From Heptranchias perlo (Eukaryota), in the NCBI RefSeq assembly GCF_035084215.1, contig NC_090363.1, positions 10,976,001-11,040,000 of the forward strand: a stretch of 64,000 nucleotides of DNA, in the 5' to 3' direction. The position numbers were made by a program, and so were the translations under genes. Below the pieces are notes generated by a model. It had not been told where the DNA came from and made no database searches. It worked only from the letters and a program-made list of their open reading frames with translations. Every line of letters begins with the position of its first letter. The stretch's first letter is position 1. This document shows, in pieces, positions 41,371-54,031 of the stretch.

Positions 41371-44144
41371 CAAATCCTGCCATGACAGCTGGGGAATTTA
41401 AATTCAGTTCATTAAAAATAATAAAATTCTGGAATAAAAGGCTAGTATCAGTAATGGTGACCATAAAACCACTGGATTGTCATAAAAACCCAATCCTTCC
41501 TTTAGGAAGGAAATCTGCCGTCTTTACCCGGTCTGGCCTATATGTGACACCAAACCCACAGCAATGTGGTTGATTCTTAATTGCCCTCTGAAATGTGCAA
41601 TCTCTCAGTTATACAATCCTGCTACAAAAAGACCTTCAGCACATGGACTGCAGTGGTTCAAGGCAGTAACTCACTACCACCTTCTCAAGGGCAATGAGGG
41701 ATGGGCAATAAATGCTGGCCTTGCCAGCAATGTCCATATCCCAAGAATAAATTTTAAAAAAACATCACCCTCAGTTATAACACTGTTATACACCCACCCT
41801 CACTATATCTATATCACTGTTTGTTATACAACCACCGTCACAATATCACTCTCAGTTATAACACTGGCTTTTATACACACACAGTCATGATATCACTCCC
41901 AGTTATAACATTGTCGGCAATACACCCACCCTCGCTATATCACTCTCAGTTATAACACTGTTGGTTATACACCAACTGTCACTATATCACTCTCAGTTTT
42001 AACACTTTCTGATATACACCATCCCTCACTATATCATTCCCAGTTATAACACTGTCTGTTATACACATGTGCTCACTATATCACTCTCAGTTATAAAAAC
42101 TGTCTGTGATATACCCAAACTTACCAAATCACTCTGAGATACATCACTACTTCAATCTCTGTTCTAACTCTTTCTGTTATACACCCACTCTCACCATACC
42201 ACTCTCAGTTACAATACTGTCTGTCATCAATCCACATTCACTAAATCAGACTGAGTTATACACTCCACCCTCACTATATCTCACACAGTTAAATCACTGT
42301 CTGTTATACACACACCCTCACTACATCACTCTTAGTTATAACACTGTCTGTTATACACACACCCTCACTACATCACTCTTAGTTATAACACTGTCTGTTG
42401 TACACTCCACCCTCACTACATCACTCTTAGTTATAACACTGTCTGTTGTACACTCCACCCTCACTATATCACACACAGTTATAAACATTGTCTGTGATAT
42501 ACCTGAACTCAGTAAATCAATCTGAGATATATCACTGTCTCTTATACACCACCCTCACTGTATCACTCAGTTACAATACTGTCTGTTTTACACCCAACCT
42601 CACTACTTCATTCCCTGTTCTAACTTTTTCCGTTATATACTCACCCTCACTGTTTCACTCACAGTTATAACACTATCAGTAATATACCCACCCTCACTAT
42701 ATCACTCTCAGTTACAATACTGTCTGTTAAACACTCACACTCACCACACCACTCTCTGTTAAAACACAGTCTGGCATAAATCCACACTCACTAAATCAGG
42801 CTGAGTTATAACACTGTCTGTTATACCCCCTTCCCTCAACATATCACTCACAGTTCTAACACTGTCTATTCTACACTGCATCCTCACTATGTCACTCTCA
42901 GTTATAACATTGTCTGTTGTACACTCACATTCACTATATCACTCTCAGTTATAAAAACTGTCTGTGATATATCCAAACTCGCTAAATCACTCTGAATAAT
43001 ATCACTCTCTCTTATACACCACCCTCACTGTATCACTCAGTTACAATACTATCTGTTTTACACCCAACCTCATTACTTCAATCTCTGTTCTAACTCTTTC
43101 TGTTATACACTCACCCTCACTATATCACTCTCATTTATAAAACTGCCTGTTATACCCACCCTCACTATATCACTATCAGTAATAGCACTGTATATTATAC
43201 TTCTCTCCCTCACTATATCACTCTCAGTTCTAACACTGTCTGTTATATATCACACCCTCACTCTATCACCCTCAGATGTAACACTGTCTGTTATGCACCC
43301 ACCCTCAGTATGTAACTCTCAGTTTGAACACTGTCCGTTATACACACTCCCACACGATTTCACTCTGTTATAATACTATTTGTTATATACCCACCCTCAC
43401 TATATCACTCCCAGTTATAACACTGTCCGTTATACACCCTCCCACATGATATCACTCTGTTATAATACTGTTTGCTCTATGTCCACCCCCACTAAATCAC
43501 TCTCAGTTATAACACTGTCCGTTATACACCCTCCCACATGATATCACTCTGTTATAATACTGTTTGCTCTATGTCCACCCCCACTAAATCACTCTCAGTT
43601 ATAACGCTGTCAGTAATACACCCACCCTCACAATATCACTCTCAGTTATAACGCTGTCTGTTATACACACACCCTCACAATATCACTCTCAGTTATAATG
43701 CTGTCAGTAATACATCCACCCTCACTATATCACTCTCAGTTAAAACACAGTCTGGCATAAATCCACACTCACTAAATCAGGCTGAGTTATAACACTGTCT
43801 GTTATACCCCCTTCCCTCAACATATCACTCACAGTTCTAACACTGTCTATTCTACTCTGCATCCTCACTATATCACTCTCAGTTATAAAAACTTTCTGTG
43901 ATATACCCAAACTCACTAAATCACTCTGAGTTATATCACTGTCTCTTCTTCACACCCTCACCATGTCACTCAGTTACAATACTATCTGTTTTACACCCAA
44001 ACTGACTACTTCAATCTCTGTTCTAACTCTTTCTGTTATACACTCACCCTAACTATATTACTCTCCGTTATAACACTGTCTGTGATATACCCAACAACTC
44101 TACACACTCTCAGTTATAAAACTTCTGTTATACACCCACCTTCA

Positions 44145-45419
44145 CTCACCGATGCTCAGTTTAGGTTCCGCCAGGACCACTCAGCTCCAGACCTCATTAC
44201 AGCCTTGGTCCAAACATGGACAAAAGAGCTGAATTCCAGAGGTGAGGTGAGATTGACTGCCCTTGACATCAAGGCAGCATTTGACCGAGTGTGGCACCAA
44301 GGAGCTCTAATAAAATTGAAGTCAATGGGAATCAGGGGGAAAACTCTCCAGTGGCTGGAGTCATACCTAGCACAAAGGGAGATGGTAGTGGTTGTTGGAG
44401 GCCAATCAGCTCAGCCCCAGGGCATTGCTGCAGGAGTTCCTCAGGGCAGTGTCCTAGGCCCAACCATCTTCAGCTGCTTCATCAATAACCTTCCCTCCAT
44501 CCTAAGGTCAGAAATGGGGATGCTCGCTGATGATTGCACAGTGTTCAGTTCCATTCGCAACCCCTCAGATAATGAAGCAGTCCATGCCCGCGTGAAGCAA
44601 GGCCTGGTCAACATCCAGGTTTGGGCTGATAAGTGGCAAGTAACATTCGTGCCAGAAAAGTGCCAGGCAATGACCATCTCCAACAAGAGAGAATCTAACC
44701 ACCTCCCCATGACATTCAATGACATTACCATTGCCGAATCCCCCACCATCAACATCCTGGGGGTCATCATTGACCAGAAACTTAACTGGACCAGCCACAT
44801 AAATACTGTGGCTACAAGAGCAGGTCAGAGGCTGGGTATTCTGCGGGGAGTGACTCACCTCTTGACTCCACAAAGCCTTTCCACCATCTCGAAGGCACAA
44901 GTCAGGAGTGTGATGGAATACTCTCCTGGATGAGTGCAGCTCCATCAACACTCAAGAATCTCGACACCTTCCTGGACAAAGCGGCCCATTTGATTGGCAC
45001 CCCATCCACCACCCTAAACATTCACTCCTTTCACCACCGGCGCACTGTGGCTGCAGTGTGTACCATCCACAGGATGCACTGCAGCAACTCGCCAAGGCTT
45101 CTTCGACAGCACCTCCCAAACCCGCAACCTCTACCGCCTAGGACATGGGCAGCAGGCACATGGGAACAACACCACCTGCACGTTCCCCTCCAAGTCACAC
45201 ACCATCCTGACTTGTAAATATATCGCCGTATCTTCATCGTCGCTGGGTCAAAAACCTGGAACTCCCTTCCTAACAGCACTGTGGGAGAACCTTCACCACA
45301 CGGACTGCAGCAGTTTAACAAGGCGGCTCACCACCAACTTTTCAAGGGCAATTAGAGATGGGCAATAAACGCTGGCCTTGCCAGCTACACCCACATCCCA
45401 TGAGCGAATAAAAAAAAAA
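44145..45419 (+). mobile_element. 5'-truncated non-LTR retrotransposon (CR1/L2-group RT, second family) ending in poly(A)
   Basis: LDIKAAFDRVWH...[10 protein letters not shown]...LADDC; 3' end caagggcaattagagatgggcaataaa...aataaaaaaaaaa. Confidence 0.92.
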
Positions 45420-47699
45420 CTCGCAGTTATAACACTGTCTGTTATACACCCACCCTCACTATATCGCTCTCAGTTATAACACTGTCTGATATACACCCAC
45501 CCTCACCATATCACTTGCAGTTCTAACACTGTCTGTTCTACACTCCATCCTCACAATGCTGCTCTCAGTTATAACACTGTGTGTTACATACAACACCCTC
45601 ACTCTAATACCCTCAGATGTAACACTGTCTGTTATACACCCACCCTCAGTATGTAACTCTCAGTTTGACACTGTCCATTATACACACTCCCACACGATAT
45701 CACTCTGTTATAATACTGTTTGTAATATACCCACCCTCACTATATCACTAACAGTAATAGCACTATATGTTTTTCCCTCCCTCCCTCACGGTATCACTCA
45801 CAGTTCCAACACTGTCTGTTCTACACTCCATCCCCACAATACCGCTCTCAGTTATAACACTGTGTGTTACATACAACACCCTCACTCTAATACCCTCAGA
45901 TGTAACACTGTCTGTTATACACCCACCCTCAGTATGTAACTCTCAGTTTGAACACTGTCCATTATACACATTCCTACACAATATCACTCTGTTATAATAC
46001 TGTTTGTTATTTGCCCACCCCCACTAAATCACTCTCAGTTATAACACTGTCTGTTATACCCCCATCCCTCACGATATCACTCGTAGTTCTAACACTGTCT
46101 ATTCTACATTGCATCCTCACTATATCACTTGCAGTTATAACATTGCCTGTTATATACCCACCCTCTAACACCCTCGGATGTAACCTGTCCGTTAAATACC
46201 CTCCCTCACTATATCATTCCCAGTTATATCAATGTCCGTTATACACCCTCCCTCACTACATCGTTCCCAGTTATATCAATGTCCGTTATACACCCTCCCT
46301 CACTACATCACTTTCAGTTATAACACTGTCTGTTATACACACAGGCTCACTATATCACTCTCAATAATAGACACTGTCTGTCATATACCCAAACTCGCTA
46401 AATCACTCTGAGATATATCACTGTCTCTTATACACCCCCCTCACTATATCACTCAGTTACAATACTGTCGGCTTTACACCGAACCTCAGTACTTCAATCT
46501 CCATTCTAGCTCTTTCTGTTATACACTCACCCTCACTATATCACTCTCAGTTATATCATTGTCTGTTGTAAATCCACAATCACTAAACCACGCTGAGTTA
46601 TATCACTGACTGTTATACACCCGAACTATATTACTCTCAGTTATAACACTGTGTGTAATATACCCACCGACTATATAGACTCTCTGTTATAACACTTACT
46701 GTTATACATCAACCCTCACTATATCACACTCAGTTATAACACTTACTGTTATACACCCACCCTCACTATATCACACTCAGTTATAACACTTACTGTTATA
46801 CACCCACCCTCACTATATCACACTCAGTTATAACACTTACTGTTATACACCCACCCTCACTATATCACTCTCAGTTACGATACTCTCTGTCATAAATCCA
46901 CACTCACTAAATTATATTGAGTTATAACGCTGTCTGTTATACCCACCTCCCTCACTATATCATTCTCAGTTCTAACACTGTCTATTCTACACCCACTCTC
47001 ACTACATCATTCTTGGTTATAATACTGTCTGTAATACACCCACCCTCAGTATATCACTCCCAGATATAAAACTGTCTGTTATACACCCACCCTCACAACA
47101 TCACTCTCATTTATAACACTGTCTGTTACACACCCACCCTCACTATATCACTAACAATAATAGCACTGTCTGTTAACCCCCCCCCCCCCTCACTGTATCA
47201 CTCACAGTTCCAACACTGTCTGATCTAAACTCCATCCTCACTCTAACACTCTCAGTTATAACAATGTCTGTTATACACCCATCGTTACTATATCACTCTC
47301 AGGTTGAACACCGACTGTTATACACCCACCCTCACTATATCACTCTCAGTTATAACACTGTCTTTTATAAACGGAGACTCACTATATCACTCGGATTTAG
47401 AACACAGTGTGTTATAGACCCCACCATTACCAAGTACTATATAGACCAACCCTCAGTATATGTTAGACTCACCCTCACTACATCACCCTTGGTTATAACA
47501 TTGTCTGTTGTACACCCACCCTCACTATAACATTCTGAGTTATAACATTGCCTGTTATATACACAACACTCAATATATATCTCTCAGTTATAACACTATC
47601 AGTTATACACCCACCATCACTACATCACCCTCGGATATAACACTGTCTGTTGTACACCACCCTCACTGTATCCTTCTCAGTTATAACATTCTCTGCTAT

Positions 47700-48280
47700 A
47701 CACCCTGGAATACTGCATACAGTTTTGGTCTCCATACTTAAGAAAAGACATACTTGCTCTCGAGGCAGTACAAAGAAGGTTCACTCGGTTAATCCCGGGG
47801 ATGAGGGGGTGGACAGATGAGGAGAGGTTGAGTAGATTGGGACTCTACTCATTGGAGTTCAGAAGAATGAGAGGCGATCTTATTGAAACATATAAGATTG
47901 TGAAGGGGCTTGATCGGGTGGATGCGGTAAGGATGTTCCCAAGGATGGGTGAAACTAGAACTAGGGGGCATAATCTTAGAATAAGGGGCTGCTCTTTCAA
48001 AACTGAGATGAGGAGAAACTTCTTCACTCAGAGGGTAGTAGGTCTGTGGAATTTGCTGCCCCAGGAAGCTGTGGAAGCTACATCATTAAATAAATTTAAA
48101 ACGGAAATAGACAGTTTCCTAGAAGTAAAGGGAATTAGGGGTTACGGGGAGCGGGCAGGAAATTGGACATGAATTTAGATTTGAGGTTAGGATCAGATCA
48201 GCCATGATCTTATTGAATGACGGAGCAGGCTCGAGGGGCCAATTGGCCTACTCCTGCTCCTATTTCTTATGTTCTTATGT
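47700..48280 (+). mobile_element. CR1 3' fragment (young subfamily)
   Basis: RLGLYSLEFRRMRGDLIETYKI...; 3' tail ttcttatgttcttatgtt. Confidence 0.92.
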
Positions 48281-48698
48281 TCACCCCCCTCATTATATAA
48301 CTCTCAGTTATAACGCTGTCTGTTATACGCCCACCTACACAATACCACTGTCAGTTATAACATTGTCTGTTATATACACCACCATCACTATATCACTGTC
48401 AGTTATAACACTGCCAGTTATAGACACACCCTCACTGTAACACTCTCTGTCACACACCCCACCCTCACTATATCACTCTCATTTATTACACTGTCTGTGG
48501 TACACGCACCCTTATTATATCACTGATTTATAACACTGTCTGTTATATACCCCACCCTCACTATAACCTCACTCCCTCCACCACTGGCACACCGTGGCAG
48601 CAGTGTGTACTACCTACAGGATGCACTGCAGTAATTTGCCAAGATTTCTTCAACAGCACTTCTCAAACCTACGACCTCCACCACCTAGAAGGACAAGC

Positions 48699-48900
48699 CA
48701 TGATGTGGAGATGCCGGTGATGGACTGGGGTTGACAATTGTAAACAATTTTACAACACCAAGTTATAGTCCAACAATTTTATTTGAAATCTACAAGCTTT
48801 CGGAGGCTTATTTACCTGAGGAAGGAGGAAGCCTCCGAAAGCTTGTAGATTTCAAATAAAATTGTTGGACTATAACTTGGTGTTGTAAAATTGTTTACAA
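48699..48900. mobile_element. Palindromic PLE mini-insertion, second independent copy
   Basis: Same 39-nt tail catgatgtggagatgcc...; arms 48738-48809 and 48829-48900; TSD tagaaggacaag (48686-48697, 48901-48912). Confidence 0.85.
48811..48849 (+). ncRNA. Minimal type I hammerhead ribozyme motif
   Basis: tttac-CTGAGGA-a-ggagg aag cctcc-GAAA-gc-TT-gtaga. Confidence 0.7.
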
Positions 48901-49075
48901 TAGAAGGACAAGGGCAGCAGGCACATGAGAACACCATCACCTCCAATTTCCCCTCCGAGTCACACACCGTCCTGACTTGGGCATATATCGGCCGTTCCTT
49001 CATCGTCGCTGGGTCAAAATCCTGGAACTCCCTACCTAACAGCCCTGTGGGAGCACCGTCACCACACGGACTGCA

Positions 49076-50621
49076 TATGAACATAAGAATATAAGAAATA
49101 GGAGCAGGAGTAGGCCAATCGGCCCCTCGAGCCTGCTCCGCCATTCATTAAGATCATGGCCGATCTGATCCTAACCTCAAATCTAAAGAACACAAGGAGA
49201 AGGAGCAGGACCCGGCCACTCAGCCCCTGGGCCCACTCCGCCACCCATAGGGCCTTGACCGATCCGAACTCAGCTTCATGTCCAATTTCCTGCCCGCTCC
49301 CCGTAACCCCTAATTCCCTTTACTTCTAGGAAACTGTCTATTTCTGTTTTAAATTTATTTAATGATGTAGCTTCCACAGCTTCCTGGGGCAGCAAATTCC
49401 ACAGACCTACTACCCTCTGAGTGAAGAAGTTTCTCCTCATCTCAGTTTTGAAAGAGCAGCCCCTTATTCTAAGATTATGCCCCCTAGTTCTAGTTTCACC
49501 CATCCTTGGGAACATCCTTACCGCATCCACCCGATCAAGCCCCTTCACAATCTTATATGTTTCAATAAGATCGCCTCTCATTCTCCTGAACTCCAATGAG
49601 TAGAGTCCCAATCTACTCAACCTCTCCTCATATGTCCGCCCCCTCATCCCCAGGATTAGCCGAGTGAACCTTCTTTGTACTGCCTCGAGAGCAAGTATGT
49701 CTTTTCTTAAGTATGGACACCAAAACTGTATGCAGTATTCTAGGTGCGGTCTCACCAATAACTTATATAACTGCAGCAATACCTCCCTGTTTTTATATTC
49801 TATCCCCCTAGCAATAAAAGCCAACATTCCGTTGGCCTTCTTGATCATCTGCTGCACCTGCATACTAAATTTTTGATTTTCTTGCACTAGGACCCCCAGA
49901 TCCCTTTGTACTGCAGTACTTTCCAGTTTCTCGCCATTAAGATAATAACTTGCTCTCTGATTTTTCCTGCCAAAGTGCATAACCTTACATTTTCCAATAT
50001 TGTATTGCATCTGCCAAATCTCCGCCCACTCACCCAGCCTGTCTATATCCCCTTGTAGGTTTTTTATGTCCTCCTCACTCTCTACTTTCCTCCCATCTTT
50101 GCATCATCTGCAAACTTTGATATGTTACACTCGGTCCCCTCCTCCAAATCGTTAATATAGATTGTAAAGAGTTGGGGACCCAGCACTGACCCCTGCGGAA
50201 CACCACTGGCTACTGGTTGCCAGTCCGAGAATGAACCATTTATCCCAACTCTCTGCTTCCTGTTAGATAACCAATCCTCCACCCATGCCAGAATATTACC
50301 CCCAATCCAGTGATTCTTTATCTTGAGCAATAATCTTTTATGTGGCACCTTGTCGAATGCCTTCTGGATGTCTAAATACACTACGTCCACTGGTTCCCCT
50401 TTATCCACCCTGTACGTTATGTCCTCAAAGAACTCAAGCAAATTTGTCAGACATGACTGCCCCTTCGTAAAGCCATGCTGACTTTGTCCTATTAAATTAT
50501 GTTTATCCAAATGTTCCGTTACTGTCTCCTTAATAATAGACTCCAAAATTTTACCCACCACAGATGTTAGGCTAACTGGTCTATAATTTCCAGCCTTCTG
50601 CCTACTACCCTTTTTAAATAA
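49076..50621 (-). mobile_element. 5'-truncated CR1 LINE, same subfamily as 47700-48280, frameshifted RT
   Basis: ORFs 50082-50561 (QHGF...[13 protein letters not shown]...[10 protein letters not shown]...FADD) and 49276-50010; inserted at tgca of an older LINE tail. Confidence 0.93.
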
Positions 50622-50898
50622 TGCAGCGGTTCAAGAAGAAGGTTCACCACCCCCTTCTCAAGGGGCAACCAGGGGTGGGCAATAAATGCCGGCCGTGATA
50701 GTGGCACATCCCGAGAAAGAATATTAAAAAACTGCAGACATGTGCTTTGTCTATTTAACAGCCTTAGCAAGGCCTATTTTACACGTATCCTAGCCTATCT
50801 CCCATGTTAAATAGGATGATATAGTTTTGATGACCATGTTACACCATGCACTGCAGTAGACCTCCGCAGCTGAGGCGAAGCTGTGTCCCTTTAAAGAT

Positions 50899-51530
50899 AC
50901 AACAACTTGCATTTACATAGCGTTCCAAGGCGCGTTTTAAGAGCGTTATCAGACACAAATTGACACCGAGCCAAAGGAGATATTAAGACAGGTGACCAAA
51001 AGCTTTGTCAAAGAGGTAGGTTTTATGCAGCATCTTAAAGGAGGAGAGGGAGGTAGCGAGGCGGAGAGGTTTGAGGAGGGAATTCCAGAGCTTAGGGTCT
51101 ACGCAGCTGAAGGCACGGCCGTCAATGGTGGGGCAAAGGGAGTGGGGGATGCACAAGAGGCCAGGATTGGAGAGACGCAGAGATCTCGGAGGGTTGTAGG
51201 GCTGGAGGAGGTTACAGAGATAGGAAAGGATGAGGCCATGGAGGGATTTGAACACAAGGATCGGAACTTTAAAATCGAGGCGATCCCAGACCAGGAGCCA
51301 ATGTAGATCAGCGAACACAATGGGTGATGGGTGAACAGGACTTGGTGTGAGTTAGGATACAGGGAGCAGGGTTTTGGATCAGTGAAGCTTATGGAGGGTG
51401 GAAGATGGGAGGCAGACTAGGAGAGCATTGGAATAGGCAAGTCTAGAGGTCACAAAGGCATGGATGAGGGTTTCAGCAGCAGATGAGCTGAGGCAGGGGC
51501 GGAGACGGGCGATTTTACAGAGGTGGAAGT
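50899..51530 (-). mobile_element. L2-type LINE 3' fragment
   Basis: LHWLLVWDRLDFK...KTYLFDKAFGHLS. Confidence 0.88.
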
Positions 51531-52192
51531 TTAATTGGTGCTAAGTGCAGTCATACAGGCCCAATGGCCTGGCTTTCTCCCCTTCTTTTAAAGTGTGATG
51601 TGTATCGATACTCAGAGATCATGGATACTCTGGCTCCTGTGTCAAATGTGTCCCTTTATACGTTAATTAAGTTGTCACATGATGATAGGAATCTTCCGAG
51701 GTCCCACGCCACCAGCGGGACCTTGCGCACAATGGGCGATCATCGGAAAATCACGGTAGCGCCGCCCAGGAATCTCCCTCCGTTAACGTCCAAGGACAGA
51801 AAATTCCAGGCAATGCTCCTGCGATATTTGGATAAGCTGCCCGCTGCATGCGAGGCCCGCCATTGGCACAGGGCGTGGAGAATTGCGCCCCACAGTTTTC
51901 GTATGAGGCTCGAGGTGTTATAAGGAAACGTAGAATACAGAAAGGGAAAAGTGTGACAGATGGGAAAGAGGAAGTGTGACTATCAATCAACAAGCAGCAG
52001 TCAGTAAACAATTGCCAGAAAAATCACCCGCAAAAAGAAGGTAAAAAAACTACACCATTTGATATACTTTTTGAAAATGCTTTGGTCCACCAGTTTATTT
52101 TGTGGTGCTTGAAATAAGGACCCTGAAATTCCATAGGTGTTCTCCTGAATTTGTGCTGTAACTTCAGCAGAAGATCAGAAAAATCCAGAAAG

Positions 52193-53030
52193 GCATTGGT
52201 GTACAATACAGGCAGTGGTGTACAATACTGGCAGTGGTGTATAATACAGGCAGTGGTGTATAATACAGGCAGTGATGTATAATAGAGATAGTGGTGTACA
52301 ATACAGGCAGTGGTGTACAGTACAGGCAGCGGTGTATAATATGGGCTGTCGTGTGTGATACAGGCAGTGGTGTATAATACAGGCAGTGATGTATAATAGA
52401 GATAGTGGTGTACAATACAGGCAGTGGTGTACAGTACAGGCAGTGGTGTATAATACAGGCAGCGGTGTATAATATGGGCTGTCGTGTGTGATACAGGCAG
52501 TGGTGTATAATACAGGCAGTGATGTATAATACAGACGGTAGTGCATAATACAGGCAGTGGTATATACCGGCAGTGATGTATAATATAGTGGTGTACAATA
52601 CAGGCAGTGGTGTATAATACAGGCAGTGGTGTATAATATGGGCAGTGGTGTATAATACAGGCAGTGGTGTATAATATGGGCAGTGGTGTATAATATGGGC
52701 AGTGGTGTATAATATGGGCAGTGGTGTATAATACAGGCAGTGGTGTATAATAGATATAGTGGTGTACAATACAGGCAGTGGTGTATAATACAGGCTGTGG
52801 TGTATAATATGGGCTGTGGTGTGTGATACAGGCAGTGGTGTATAATACAGGCTGTGGTGTATAATATGGGCTGTGGTGTGTGATACAGGCAGTGGTGTAT
52901 AATACAGGCTGTGGTGTATAATATGGGCTGTGGTGTGTGATACAGGCAATGATGTATGATACAGGCAATGATGTATAATGCAGGCTGTGGTGTATAATAC
53001 AGGCAGCAGTATATATTATAGGCTTGTACA
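52193..53030. repeat. 19-bp minisatellite (tacaggcagtggtgtataa)n with local 57-bp trimers
   Basis: Direct reading. It produces the repetitive YYTP/IIHH pseudo-ORFs on the minus strand. Confidence 0.95.
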
Positions 53031-53662
53031 CATAGAACTCTGACTATTTTTCCTCCCCCTCCGCCCCTCACCCACCCTCTCCAGCTAATACCAACATTAC
53101 AGACATTGCCACACATGTGAATTCACATCCTGCGGATAAATGATTTAGTGATATTACGGGACCTCTCTGCCATTGTGAACATGATGCTGAAATAAATTTG
53201 TAATGTGATTCCTTACATCACATATATCTTCCTGCACCCCGAATGAAGTAGGTGCAGAAGTACTTTTTTATTTGCTACACAAATGGTAGCATCTATAATC
53301 AAATACAGCAATTTTATAACTTTAATAAAAAGTAAAAACACACAGCATAGCAATTAAACAATAAAACTACCATTTATTTTGTGGGTCTTAATGTTTTGTG
53401 GATTTTTTAAAATTACTCTGCAGCCAAGGATAAAACAGTTCGGTGAGCAATTTTTCATGGTAATTTTGGCAACTCTCCCCAGAGTCACTGACAACTCCTC
53501 TCAGATCTTGTCCCTAAATTCAGGTATGGAGATAGAGACAAAATGAAACAGGGAGAGAGAGCAAAAAAAAGAGAGGCAGACACCAAGATCGATGGAAACA
53601 ATGAGAGAGAAAGAAACACAAGGAGAGTCAGACAGAAACATAGAAAACCAGCTAAAGACAAA

Positions 53663-53906
53663 GGGGGTGATTTTAAACCCCAAGAACGGGTGGGTTGGGG
53701 CCGGCTGGGAGTTGAAGATAGTTGTTTTTTTGAGTCACAACCGCAAAACCTTTGGATTTGACATTCCCAGTGGGAAGCCCGTACTTTTCCGCGCTGACGT
53801 TAAACCCGGAAATAAAGCCGGGTTGCGGTCGTGACCCAAAAAAACAACCATTTTCAACTCCCACCCGCCTCCAACCCGCCCGTTCTTGGGGTTTAAAATC
53901 ACCCCC
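53663..53906. mobile_element. Same MITE family, independent insertion in the opposite orientation
   Basis: Same TIRs, different flanks, 3-bp duplication aaa. Confidence 0.9.
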
Positions 53907-54031
53907 AAAGAGAGAACAACAGAAGGAAAGATGAACTGAAACAGAGATACAGGAAGACACAATAGGAGAGACAGAAAGAGAGATAAACTGAAACAGAGAT
54001 ACAGGAAGACATAACAGAGGGGTAAACTGAA

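Larger units (their letters stand above)
11130..48570. repeat. ~37 kb satellite array, 47-bp monomer (consensus cagttataacactgtctgttatacacccaccctcactatatcactcg), with higher-order units and embedded TEs
   Basis: cagttataac recurs at 11173 and 11220 (47-bp period) and continues throughout. The centre (~18-26 kb) is homogeneous; the right flank (~41.8-48.5 kb) is strongly diverged. Confidence 0.97.
48570..50732 (+). mobile_element. Older LINE 3' fragment (family of 44145-45419) hosting the PLE palindrome and the CR1
   Basis: cactccctccaccac...ggatgcactgcag...accacacggactgca|gcggttcaag...gggcaataaatgc resumes across both insertions. Confidence 0.8.

Noticed and set aside
11130..48570. CRISPR-like array or real proteins from the satellite ORFs (YHSQL, VITLSV, MCYYSGLY peptides)
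   Set aside because: Contiguous tandem monomers without unique spacers, a eukaryotic context and no cas genes. The peptides are translations of the 47-bp repeat.
11130..48570. V(D)J recombination signal heptamers (cactgtc resembles cactgtg)
   Set aside because: Mismatch to the consensus, no correctly spaced nonamer noted, and no Ig/TCR segments nearby.
40191..50621. Autonomous active LINEs
   Set aside because: All are 5'-truncated, lack the endonuclease domain and ORF1, and the longer ones carry frameshifts.
51690..51892. CpG-rich patch as a promoter (similar patches at ~10490-10820 and ~58110-58330)
   Set aside because: The end gaattgcgcccc and the overall look suggest decayed DNA-transposon remnants. 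I could not define both TIRs, so it is not called either way.
52024..53116. Three long overlapping minus-strand ORFs (335, 261, 313 aa)
   Set aside because: All three frames are open because the 19-bp repeat lacks stops on that strand; there is no domain or codon signal.
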